From contig JAUCBJ010006157.1 in NCBI GenBank assembly GCA_032718475.1, positions 1-64,000 on the forward strand: a DNA stretch of 64,000 nt, read 5' to 3'. The stretch is from Nemertoderma westbladi. Its lineage: Eukaryota > Animalia > Xenacoelomorpha. Within the stretch, counting starts at the first letter, position 1; each line of letters begins with the position of its first letter. The notes beneath the pieces are model-generated. The model was given only the letters and a program-made list of their open reading frames with translations. It was not told the origin of the DNA and did no database searches. Positions 1-13,500 of the stretch are shown one piece after another. Position numbers and translations under genes: made by a program.

Positions 1-3000
1 AACCGAAATGTTTCTGTACTAACCTTGTAACAGTAATCTATAGAGAGAAACAACCGAAATGTTTCTGTACTAACCTTGTAACAGTAATCTATAGAGAGAA
101 AAGCAACGAAATGTTTCTGTACTAACCTTGTAACAGTAATCTATAGAGAGAAACAACCGAAATGTTTCTGTACTAACCTTGTAACAGTAATCTATAGAGA
201 GAAAAGCAACGAAATGTTTCTGTACTAACCTTGTAACAGTAATCTATAGAGAGAAAGCAACCGAAATGTTTCTGTACTAACCTTGTAACAGTAATCTATA
301 GAGAGAAAAGCAACGAAATGTTTCTGTACTAACCTTGTAACAGTAATCTATAGAGAAACAACCGAAATGTTTCTGTACTAACCTTGTAACAGTAATCTAT
401 ATAGAAACAACCGAAATGTTTCTGTACTAACCTTGTAACAGTAATCTATAGAGAAACAACCGAAATGTTTCTGTACTAACCTTGTAACAGTAATCTATAG
501 AGAAACAACCGAAATGTTTCTGTACTAACCTTGTAACAGTAATCTATATAGAAACAACGAAATGTTTCTGTACTAACCTTGTAACAGTAATCTATATAGA
601 AACAACCGAAATGTTTCTGTACTAACCTTGTAACAGTAATCTATAGAGAAACAACCGAAATGTTTCTGTACTAACCTTGTAACAGTAATCTATAGAGAAA
701 ACGAAATGTTTCTGTACTAACCTTGTAACAGTAATCTATATAGAAACAACCGAAATGTTTCTGTACTAACCTTGTAACAGTAATCTATAGAGAAACAACC
801 GAAATGTTTCTGTACTAACCTTGTAACAGTAATCTATATAGAACAACGAAATGTTTCTGTACTAACCTTGTAACAGTAATCTATATAGAAACAACCGAAA
901 TGTTTCTGTACTAACCTTGTAACAGTAATCTATAGAGAAACAACCGAAATGTTTCTGTACTAACCTTGTAACAGTAATCTATAGAGAAACAACCGAAATG
1001 TTTCTGTACTAACCTTGTAACAGTAATCTATAGAGAAACAACCGAAATGTTTCTGTACTAACCTTGTAACAGTAATCTATAGAGAGAAAAGCAACGAAAT
1101 GTTTCTGTACTAACCTTGTAACAGTAATCTATATAGAAAACGAAATGTTTCTGTACTAACCTTGTAACAGTAATCTATAGAGAAAAGCAACCGAAATGTT
1201 TCTGTACTAACCTTGTAACAGTAATCTATAGAGAAACAACCGAAATGTTTCTGTACTAACCTTGTAACAGTAATCTATAGAGAAACAACCGAAATGTTTC
1301 TGTACTAACCTTGTAACAGTAATCTATAGAGAAACAACCGAAATGTTTCTGTACTAACCTTGTAACAGTAATCTATAGAGAGAAAGCAACGAAATGTTTC
1401 TGTACTAACCTTGTAACAGTAATCTATATAGAAAACGAAATGTTTCTGTACTAACCTTGTAACAGTAATCTATAGAGAAAGCAACCGAAATGTTTCTGTA
1501 CTAACCTTGTAACAGTAATCTATAGAGAAACAACCGAAATGTTTCTGTACTAACCTTGTAACAGTAATCTATAGAGAAACAACCGAAATGTTTCTGTACT
1601 AACCTTGTAACAGTAATCTATATAGAAACAACCGAAATGTTTCTGTACTAACCTTGTAACAGTAATCTATATAGAAAAACGAAATGTTTCTGTACTAACC
1701 TTGTAACAGTAATCTATATAGAAACAACCGAAATGTTTCTGTACTAACCTTGTAACAGTAATCTATAGAGAAACAACCGAAATGTTTCTGTACTAACCTT
1801 GTAACAGTAATCTATAGAGAAACAACCGAAATGTTTCTGTACTAACCTTGTAACAGTAATCTATAGAGAAACAACCGAAATGTTTCTGTACTAACCTTGT
1901 AACAGTAATCTATAGAGAAACAACCGAAATGTTTCTGTACTAACCTTGTAACAGTAATCTATAGAGAAACAACCGAAATGTTTCTGTACTAACCTTGTAA
2001 CAGTAATCTATAGAGAAACAACCGAAATGTTTCTGTACTAACCTTGTAACAGTAATCTATAGAGAAACAACCGAAATGTTTCTGTACTAACCTTGTAACA
2101 GTAATCTATAGAGAAACAACCGAAATGTTTCTGTACTAACCTTGTAACAGTAATCTATAGAGAAACAACCGAAATGTTTCTGTACTAACCTTGTAACAGT
2201 AATCTATAGAGAAACAACCGAAATGTTTCTGTACTAACCTTGTAACAGTAATCTATAGAGAAACAACCGAAATGTTTCTGTACTAACCTTGTAACAGTAA
2301 TCTATAGAGAAACAACCGAAATGTTTCTGTACTAACCTTGTAACAGTAATCTATAGAGAAACAACCGAAATGTTTCTGTACTAACCTTGTAACAGTAATC
2401 TATAGAGAAACAACCGAAATGTTTCTGTACTAACCTTGTAACAGTAATCTATAGAGAAACAACCGAAATGTTTCTGTACTAACCTTGTAACAGTAATCTA
2501 TAGAGAAACAACCGAAATGTTTCTGTACTAACCTTGTAACAGTAATCTATAGAGAAACAACCGAAATGTTTCTGTACTAACCTTGTAACAGTAATCTATA
2601 GAGAAACAACCGAAATGTTTCTGTACTAACCTTGTAACAGTAATCTATAGAGAAACAACCGAAATGTTTCTGTACTAACCTTGTAACAGTAATCTATAGA
2701 GAAACAACCGAAATGTTTCTGTACTAACCTTGTAACAGTAATCTATAGAGAAACAACCGAAATGTTTCTGTACTAACCTTGTAACAGTAATCTATAGAGA
2801 AACAACCGAAATGTTTCTGTACTAACCTTGTAACAGTAATCTATAGAGAAACAACCGAAATGTTTCTGTACTAACCTTGTAACAGTAATCTATAGAGAAA
2901 CAACCGAAATGTTTCTGTACTAACCTTGTAACAGTAATCTATAGAGAAACAACCGAAATGTTTCTGTACTAACCTTGTAACAGTAATCTATAGAGAAACA

Positions 3001-6000
3001 ACCGAAATGTTTCTGTACTAACCTTGTAACAGTAATCTATAGAGAAACAACCGAAATGTTTCTGTACTAACCTTGTAACAGTAATCTATAGAGAAACAAC
3101 CGAAATGTTTCTGTACTAACCTTGTAACAGTAATCTATAGAGAAACAACCGAAATGTTTCTGTACTAACCTTGTAACAGTAATCTATATAGAAACAACCG
3201 AAATGTTTCTGTACTAACCTTGTAACAGTAATCTATATAGAAACAACCGAAATGTTTCTGTACTAACCTTGTAACAGTAATCTATAGAGAAACAACCGAA
3301 ATGTTTCTGTACTAACCTTGTAACAGTAATCTATAGAGAAACAACCGAAATGTTTCTGTACTAACCTTGTAACAGTAATCTATAGAGAAACAACCGAAAT
3401 GTTTCTGTACTAACCTTGTAACAGTAATCTATATAGAAACAACCGAAATGTTTCTGTACTAACCTTGTAACAGTAATCTATATAGAAACAACCGAAATGT
3501 TTCTGTACTAACCTTGTAACAGTAATCTATATAGAAACAACCGAAATGTTTCTGTACTAACCTTGTAACAGTAATCTATAGAGAAACAACCGAAATGTTT
3601 CTGTACTAACCTTGTAACAGTAATCTATAGAGAAACAACCGAAATGTTTCTGTACTAACCTTGTAACAGTAATCTATAGAGAAACAACCGAAATGTTTCT
3701 GTACTAACCTTGTAACAGTAATCTATAGAGAAACAACCGAAATGTTTCTGTACTAACCTTGTAACAGTAATCTATATAGAAACAACCGAAATGTTTCTGT
3801 ACTAACCTTGTAACAGTAATCTATAGAGAAACAACCGAAATGTTTCTGTACTAACCTTGTAACAGTAATCTATAGAGAAACAACCGAAATGTTTCTGTAC
3901 TAACCTTGTAACAGTAATCTATATAGAAACAACCGAAATGTTTCTGTACTAACCTTGTAACAGTAATCTATAGAGAGAAAAGCAACGAAATGTTTCTGTA
4001 CTAACCTTGTAACAGTAATCTATAGAGAAACAACCGAAATGTTTCTGTACTAACCTTGTAACAGTAATCTATAGAGAAACAACCGAAATGTTTCTGTACT
4101 AACCTTGTAACAGTAATCTATAGAGAAACAACCGAAATGTTTCTGTACTAACCTTGTAACAGTAATCTATAGAGAGAAACAACCGAAATGTTTCTGTACT
4201 AACCTTGTAACAGTAATCTATAGAGAAACAACGAAATGTTTCTGTACTAACCTTGTAACAGTAATCTATAGAGAAACAACCGAAATGTTTCTGTACTAAC
4301 CTTGTAACAGTAATCTATATAGAAAACGAAATGTTTCTGTACTAACCTTGTAACAGTAATCTATAGAGAAAACCGAAATGTTTCTGTACTAACCTTGTAA
4401 CAGTAATCTATAGAGAAACAACCGAAATGTTTCTGTACTAACCTTGTAACAGTAATCTATAGAGAAACAACCGAAATGTTTCTGTACTAACCTTGTAACA
4501 GTAATCTATAGAGAAACAACCGAAATGTTTCTGTACTAACCTTGTAACAGTAATCTATAGAGAAACAACCGAAATGTTTCTGTACTAACCTTGTAACAGT
4601 AATCTATAGAGAAACAACCGAAATGTTTCTGTACTAACCTTGTAACAGTAATCTATAGAGAAACAACCGAAATGTTTCTGTACTAACCTTGTAACAGTAA
4701 TCTATAGAGAAACAACCGAAATGTTTCTGTACTAACCTTGTAACAGTAATCTATAGAGAAACAACCGAAATGTTTCTGTACTAACCTTGTAACAGTAATC
4801 TATATAGAAACAACCGAAATGTTTCTGTACTAACCTTGTAACAGTAATCTATAGAGAGAAACAACCGAAATGTTTCTGTACTAACCTTGTAACAGTAATC
4901 TATATAGAAACAACCGAAATGTTTCTGTACTAACCTTGTAACAGTAATCTATATAGAAACAACCGAAATGTTTCTGTACTAACCTTGTAACAGTAATCTA
5001 TAGAGAAACAACCGAAATGTTTCTGTACTAACCTTGTAACAGTAATCTATAGAGAGAAACAACCGAAATGTTTCTGTACTAACCTTGTAACAGTAATCTA
5101 TATAGAAACAACCGAAATGTTTCTGTACTAACCTTGTAACAGTAATCTATATAGAAACAACCGAAATGTTTCTGTACTAACCTTGTAACAGTAATCTATA
5201 GAGAAACAACCGAAATGTTTCTGTACTAACCTTGTAACAGTAATCTATATAGAAACAACCGAAATGTTTCTGTACTAACCTTGTAACAGTAATCTATAGA
5301 GAAACAACCGAAATGTTTCTGTACTAACCTTGTAACAGTAATCTATAGAGAAACAACCGAAATGTTTCTGTACTAACCTTGTAACAGTAATCTATAGAGA
5401 AACAACCGAAATGTTTCTGTACTAACCTTGTAACAGTAATCTATAGAGAAACAACCGAAATGTTTCTGTACTAACCTTGTAACAGTAATCTATAGAGAAA
5501 CAACCGAAATGTTTCTGTACTAACCTTGTAACAGTAATCTATAGAGAAACAACCGAAATGTTTCTGTACTAACCTTGTAACAGTAATCTATATAGAAACA
5601 ACCGAAATGTTTCTGTACTAACCTTGTAACAGTAATCTATAGAGAAACAACCGAAATGTTTCTGTACTAACCTTGTAACAGTAATCTATAGAGAAACAAC
5701 CGAAATGTTTCTGTACTAACCTTGTAACAGTAATCTATAGAGAAACAACCGAAATGTTTCTGTACTAACCTTGTAACAGTAATCTATAGAGAAACAACCG
5801 AAATGTTTCTGTACTAACCTTGTAACAGTAATCTATAGAGAAACAACCGAAATGTTTCTGTACTAACCTTGTAACAGTAATCTATAGAGAAACAACCGAA
5901 ATGTTTCTGTACTAACCTTGTAACAGTAATCTATAGAGAACAACGAAATGTTTCTGTACTAACCTTGTAACAGTAATCTATATAGAAACAACCGAAATGT

Positions 6001-6985
6001 TTCTGTACTAACCTTGTAACAGTAATCTATATAGAAACAACCGAAATGTTTCTGTACTAACCTTGTAACAGTAATCTATAGAGAAACAACGAAATGTTTC
6101 TGTACTAACCTTGTAACAGTAATCTATAGAGAGAAACAACCGAAATGTTTCTGTACTAACCTTGTAACAGTAATCTATAGAGAAACAACCGAAATGTTTC
6201 TGTACTAACCTTGTAACAGTAATCTATATAGAAACAACCGAAATGTTTCTGTACTAACCTTGTAACAGTAATCTATATAGAAACAACCGAAATGTTTCTG
6301 TACTAACCTTGTAACAGTAATCTATAGAGAAACAACCGAAATGTTTCTGTACTAACCTTGTAACAGTAATCTATAGAGAAACAACCGAAATGTTTCTGTA
6401 CTAACCTTGTAACAGTAATCTATAGAGAAACAACCGAAATGTTTCTGTACTAACCTTGTAACAGTAATCTATAGAGAAACAACCGAAATGTTTCTGTACT
6501 AACCTTGTAACAGTAATCTATAGAGAAACAACCGAAATGTTTCTGTACTAACCTTGTAACAGTAATCTATATAGAAAACGAAATGTTTCTGTACTAACCT
6601 TGTAACAGTAATCTATATAGAAACAACCGAAATGTTTCTGTACTAACCTTGTAACAGTAATCTATATAGAAACAACCGAAATGTTTCTGTACTAACCTTG
6701 TAACAGTAATCTATAGAATAAACAACGAAATGTTTCTGTACTAACCTTGTAACAGTAATCTATAGAGAGAAACAACCGAAATGTTTCTGTACTAACCTTG
6801 TAACAGTAATCTATAGAGAAACAACCGAAATGTTTCTGTACTAACCTTGTAACAGTAATCTATATAGAAACAACCGAAATGTTTCTGTACTAACCTTGTA
6901 ACAGTAATCTATATAGAAACAACCGAAATGTTTCTGTACTAACCTTGTAACAGTAATCTATAGAGAAACAACCGAAATGTATTCT
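1..6985. repeat. 49-bp tandem array (about 140 copies visible; runs off the window start)
   Basis: Unit aaccgaaatgtttctgtactaaccttgtaacagtaatctatagagaaac, with length variants in the AG-rich spacer. Confidence 0.97.
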
Positions 6986-7213
6986 GTCCGTAACTTTCAA
7001 AAATATTGGAACTTTTTCGTAAGTATGCCCATATAAAATTTGGTTGAAAATGGTTAAAATCTTCAAAAGTTATTTACAAATCAATTTTTCATTACCGACG
7101 GACAGTCAGACAGACGGGACAGACAGCCGGACGGACGGGCATGAAATTTTGCCCTATTTACTAATTATAATTGTGCGCTAAGGCTCGACCTGATTGCGTG
7201 GCTCGCCCCACAA
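6980..7213 (+). mobile_element. End of a non-autonomous DNA element (HINE/DINE-like), continuous with the 49-bp array
   Basis: (GGAC/AGAC)n tract, then gctaaggctc...gtggctcgccccacaa, the same terminus seen at 26,746 and 60,315 and in variant form at 59,706. Confidence 0.6.
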
Positions 7214-7426
7214 CATATTCTAAGTACAGGACTTCTTAAGTAAATTACGTATTAAACAGTGATTTAATCCCCCCACCGTCCGGATTCTGCCCCATAAAAA
7301 TAATACGTGTAGTTTTTATATTGGAATGATTCCACTGAAATGGCAGACCGCGGACATCCTGGAGGATCCAGTAGTATTTATTACGTGTTACGATTTTAAA
7401 TAGTTGGTTTATTATTGATGTTTCAG

Positions 7427-7555
7427 TGTAAATCGGGTCTTCTCTTAGAAGGAGTTTGTGGTGCGGAAGAGATTCAGCTGTTTGTCAACGATAAACTGAT
7501 GCCTCTAGTTGGAACACAACAGAGACTGTTTGAGACTCATTTAGAAGTTATGGAT
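7427..7555 (+). CDS. CCDC180: CCDC180-like exon (visible exon 1)
   Basis: tttcag|TGT...GAT|gtaagt; CKSGLLLEGVCGAEEIQLF...EVMD; phase 0/0. Confidence 0.8.
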
Positions 7556-10500
7556 GTAAGTGTGACATTATCAAACGCGGCATTGTTTATCTTATCTATC
7601 TATCTTAGCTATCTTATCTTATCTTATAAATAATTTATTTTGGCTTTATCTTAATATTTATTTGTTGTTGTGATTTCTACAGCGAAACTTAGAGCGACAG
7701 ATACGGACTCAGAGGGAGGAAGTTAAGGGATTGTTTCGGTACATTCAGGGCGTCGCGTTTATGTGGGACGAACATAAAACAAGGCTATCCAATCAGGAGC
7801 ATATGTTGCAAGAATTATTGGACGCATGTCGTCATAAACATGACTCCCTCAACAGGGTTAGTGGAGGGTTATTTGAATGCTAAATGATATTTGTACATGA
7901 TCGTATGGTTTCTGTATATTTCCGTATAACTTAATATCGCCGCCACTTCGGTACGGAGATTCGAATGATTTTGTATCACCGCCAGTTACATATGGAGAAC
8001 AAGAAAATCTTAGTTTCTCAATATATTATATTTAAAGTCGTTCCAATGAACGTTGCCGACTATAAATCACACGATTACTTATATTGAATCATTGTGTATT
8101 GCAGACATATTCAATTTATCCCACGTAATCTGTTTCTATAGGAACGTGAAAATAATTTGGATATAATTTTGGACAAATTAAGACAAGAAGCCACCGAGAA
8201 AGCTTTGGATATCTCGCTGAACCACGGTGAGAGAATGTTGGAGCGGATTTTGGCTGGGTACAATGAATTTTATCAACAACAAGTTGATATTGTAGAGAGG
8301 TGAGTTGCTACCACAATATAGTATGTCAGCTGGTGTAGGTTCAACAGTAGGTTGATATTGTAGAGAGGTGAGTTGCTACCACAATATAGTATGTCAGCTG
8401 GTGTAGGTTCAACAGTAGGTTGATATTGTAGAGAGGTGAGTTGCTACCACAATATAGTATGTCAGCTGGTGTAGGTTCAACAGTAGGTTGATATTGTAGA
8501 GAGGTGAGTTGCTACCACAATATAGTATGTCAGCTGGTGTAGGTTCAACAGTAGGTTGATATTGTAGAGAGGTGAGTTGCTACCACAATATAGTATGTCA
8601 GCTGGTGTAGGTTCAACAGTAGGTTGATATTGTAGAGAGGTGAGTTGCTACCACAATATAGTATGTCAGCTGGTGTAGGTTCAACAGTAGGTTGATATTG
8701 TAGAGAGGTGAGTTGCTACCACAATATAGTATGTCAGCTGGTGTAGGTTCAACAGTAGGTTGATATTGTAGAGAGGTGAGTTGCTACCACAATATAGTAT
8801 GTCAGCTGGTGTAGGTTCAACAGTAGGTTGATATTGTAGAGAGGTGAGTTGCTACCACAATATAGTATGTCAGCTGGTGTAGGTTCAACAGTAGGTTGAT
8901 ATTGTAGAGAGGTGAGTTGCTACCACAATATAGTATGTCAGCTGGTGTAGGTTCAACAGTAGGTTGATATTGTAGAGAGGTGAGTTGCTACCACAATATA
9001 GTATGTCAGCTGGTGTAGGTTCAACAGTAGGTTGATATTGTAGAGAGGTGAGTTGCTACCACAATATAGTATGTCAGCTGGTGTAGGTTCAACAGTAGGT
9101 TGATATTGTAGAGAGGTGAGTTGCTACCACAATATAGTATGTCAGCTGGTGTAGGTTCAACAGTAGGTTGATATTGTAGAGAGGTGAGTTGCTACCACAA
9201 TATAGTATGTCAGCTGGTGTAGGTTCAACAGTAGGTTGATATTGTAGAGAGGTGAGTTGCTACCACAATATAGTATGTCAGCTGGTGTAGGTTCAACAGT
9301 AGGTTGATATTGTAGAGAGGTGAGTTGCTACCACAATATAGTATGTCAGCTGGTGTAGGTTCAACAGTAGGTTGATATTGTAGAGAGGTGAGTTGCTACC
9401 ACAATATAGTATGTCAGCTGGTGTAGGTTCAACAGTAGGTTGATATTGTAGAGAGGTGAGTTGCTACCACAATATAGTATGTCAGCTGGTGTAGGTTCAA
9501 CAGTAGGTTGATATTGTAGAGAGGTGAGTTGCTACCACAATATAGTATGTCAGCTGGTGTAGGTTCAACAGTAGGTTGATATTGTAGAGAGGTGAGTTGC
9601 TACCACAATATAGTATGTCAGCTGGTGTAGGTTCAACAGTAGGTTGATATTGTAGAGAGGTGAGTTGCTACCACAATATAGTATGTCAGCTGGTGTAGGT
9701 TCAACAGTAGGTTGATATTGTAGAGAGGTGAGTTGCTACCACAATATAGTATGTCAGCTGGTGTAGGTTCAACAGTAGGTTGATATTGTAGAGAGGTGAG
9801 TTGCTACCACAATATAGTATGTCAGCTGGTGTAGGTTCAACAGTAGGTTGATATTGTAGAGAGGTGAGTTGCTACCACAATATAGTATGTCAGCTGGTGT
9901 AGGTTCAACAGTAGGTTGATATTGTAGAGAGGTGAGTTGCTACCACAATATAGTATGTCAGCTGGTGTAGGTTCAACAGTAGGTTGATATTGTAGAGAGG
10001 TGAGTTGCTACCACAATATAGTATGTCAGCTGGTGTAGGTTCAACAGTAGGTTGATATTGTAGAGAGGTGAGTTGCTACCACAATATAGTATGTCAGCTG
10101 GTGTAGGTTCAACAGTAGGTTGATATTGTAGAGAGGTGAGTTGCTACCACAATATAGTATGTCAGCTGGTGTAGGTTCAACAGTAGGTTGATATTGTAGA
10201 GAGGTGAGTTGCTACCACAATATAGTATGTCAGCTGGTGTAGGTTCAACAGTAGGTTGATATTGTAGAGAGGTGAGTTGCTACCACAATATAGTATGTCA
10301 GCTGGTGTAGGTTCAACAGTAGGTTGATATTGTAGAGAGGTGAGTTGCTACCACAATATAGTATGTCAGCTGGTGTAGGTTCAACAGTAGGTTGATATTG
10401 TAGAGAGGTGAGTTGCTACCACAATATAGTATGTCAGCTGGTGTAGGTTCAACAGTAGGTTGATATTGTAGAGAGGTGAGTTGCTACCACAATATAGTAT

Positions 10501-13500
10501 GTCAGCTGGTGTAGGTTCAACAGTAGGTTGATATTGTAGAGAGGTGAGTTGCTACCACAATATAGTATGTCAGCTGGTGTAGGTTCAACAGTAGGTTGAT
10601 ATTGTAGAGAGGTGAGTTGCTACCACAATATAGTATGTCAGCTGGTGTAGGTTCAACAGTAGGTTGATATTGTAGAGAGGTGAGTTGCTACCACAATATA
10701 GTATGTCAGCTGGTGTAGGTTCAACAGTAGGTTGATATTGTAGAGAGGTGAGTTGCTACCACAATATAGTATGTCAGCTGGTGTAGGTTCAACAGTAGGT
10801 TGATATTGTAGAGAGGTGAGTTGCTACCACAATATAGTATGTCAGCTGGTGTAGGTTCAACAGTAGGTTGATATTGTAGAGAGGTGAGTTGCTACCACAA
10901 TATAGTATGTCAGCTGGTGTAGGTTCAACAGTAGGTTGATATTGTAGAGAGGTGAGTTGCTACCACAATATAGTATGTCAGCTGGTGTAGGTTCAACAGT
11001 AGGTTGATATTGTAGAGAGGTGAGTTGCTACCACAATATAGTATGTCAGCTGGTGTAGGTTCAACAGTAGGTTGATATTGTAGAGAGGTGAGTTGCTACC
11101 ACAATATAGTATGTCAGCTGGTGTAGGTTCAACAGTAGGTTGATATTGTAGAGAGGTGAGTTGCTACCACAATATAGTATGTCAGCTGGTGTAGGTTCAA
11201 CAGTAGGTTGATATTGTAGAGAGGTGAGTTGCTACCACAATATAGTATGTCAGCTGGTGTAGGTTCAACAGTAGGTTGATATTGTAGAGAGGTGAGTTGC
11301 TACCACAATATAGTATGTCAGCTGGTGTAGGTTCAACAGTAGGTTGATATTGTAGAGAGGTGAGTTGCTACCACAATATAGTATGTCAGCTGGTGTAGGT
11401 TCAACAGTAGGTTGATATTGTAGAGAGGTGAGTTGCTACCACAATATAGTATGTCAGCTGGTGTAGGTTCAACAGTAGGTTGATATTGTAGAGAGGTGAG
11501 TTGCTACCACAATATAGTATGTCAGCTGGTGTAGGTTCAACAGTAGGTTGATATTGTAGAGAGGTGAGTTGCTACCACAATATAGTATGTCAGCTGGTGT
11601 AGGTTCAACAGTAGGTTGATATTGTAGAGAGGTGAGTTGCTACCACAATATAGTATGTCAGCTGGTGTAGGTTCAACAGTAGGTTGATATTGTAGAGAGG
11701 TGAGTTGCTACCACAATATAGTATGTCAGCTGGTGTAGGTTCAACAGTAGGTTGATATTGTAGAGAGGTGAGTTGCTACCACAATATAGTATGTCAGCTG
11801 GTGTAGGTTCAACAGTAGGTTGATATTGTAGAGAGGTGAGTTGCTACCACAATATAGTATGTCAGCTGGTGTAGGTTCAACAGTAGGTTGATATTGTAGA
11901 GAGGTGAGTTGCTACCACAATATAGTATGTCAGCTGGTGTAGGTTCAACAGTAGGTTGATATTGTAGAGAGGTGAGTTGCTACCACAATATAGTATGTCA
12001 GCTGGTGTAGGTTCAACAGTAGGTTGATATTGTAGAGAGGTGAGTTGCTACCACAATATAGTATGTCAGCTGGTGTAGGTTCAACAGTAGGTTGATATTG
12101 TAGAGAGGTGCGTTGCTACCACAATATAGTATGTCAGCTGGTGTAGGTTCAACAGTAGGTTGATATTGTAGAGAGGTGTGTTGCTACCACAATATAGTAT
12201 GTCACCTGGTGTAGGTTCAACAGTAGGTTGATATTGTAGGGAGGTGTGTTGCTACCACAATATAGTATGTCAGCTGGTGTAGGTTCAACAGTAGGTTGAT
12301 ATTGTAGAGAGGTGAGTTGCTACCACAATATAGTATGTCAGCTGGTGTAGGTTCAACAGTAGGTTGATATTGTAGGGAGGTGTGTTGCTACCACAATATA
12401 GTATGTCAGCTGGTGTAGGTTCAACAGTAGGTTGATATTGTGGAGAGGTGAGTTGCTACCACAATATAGTATGTCAGCTGGTGTAGGTTCAACAGTAACT
12501 TGATATTGTAGGGAGGTGTGTTGCTACCACAATATAGTATGTCAGCTGGTGTAGGTTCAACAGTAGGTTGATATTGTGGAGAGGTGAGTTGCTACCACAA
12601 TATAGTATGTCAGCTGGTGTAGGTTCAACAGTAGGTTGATATTGTAGAGAGGTGAGTTGCTACCACAATATAGTATGTCAGCTGGTGTAGGTTCAATAGT
12701 AGGTTGATATTGTAGAGAGGTGAGTTGCTACCACAATATTGTATGTCAGCTGGTGTAGGTTCAACAGTAGGTTGATATTGTAGAGAGGTGAGTTGCTACC
12801 ACAATATAGTATGTCAGCTGGTGTAGGTTCAATAGTAGGTTGATATTGTAGGGAGGTGTGTTGCTACCACAATATAGTATGTCAGCTGGTGTAGGTTCAA
12901 CAGTAGGTTGATATTGTAGAGAGGTGAGTTGCTACCACAATATAGTATGTCAGCTGGTGTAGGTTCAATAGTAGGTTGATATTGTAGAGAGGTGAGTTGC
13001 TACCACAATATTGTATGTCAGCTGGTGTAGGTTCAACAGTAGGTTGATATTGTAGAGAGGTGAATTGCTACCACAATATAGTATGTCAGCTGGTGTAGGT
13101 TCAATAGTAGGTTGATATTGTAGAGAGGTGAGTTGCTACCACAATATTGTATGTCAGCTGGTGTAGGTTCAACAGTAGGTTGATATTGTAGAGAGGTGAG
13201 TTGCTACCACAATATAGTATGTCAGCTGGTGTAGGTTCAACAGTAGGTTGATATTGTAGAGAGGTGAGTTGCTACCACAATATAGTATGTCAGCTGGTGT
13301 AGGTTCAACAGTAGGTTGATATTGTAGAGAGGTGAGTTGCTACCACAATATAGTATGTCAGCTGGTGTAGGTTCAACAGTAGGTTGATATTGTAGAGAGG
13401 TGAGTTGCTACCACAATATAGTATGTCAGCTGGTGTAGGTTCAACAGTAGGTTGATATTGTAGAGAGGTGAGTTGCTACCACAATATTGTATGTCAGCTG

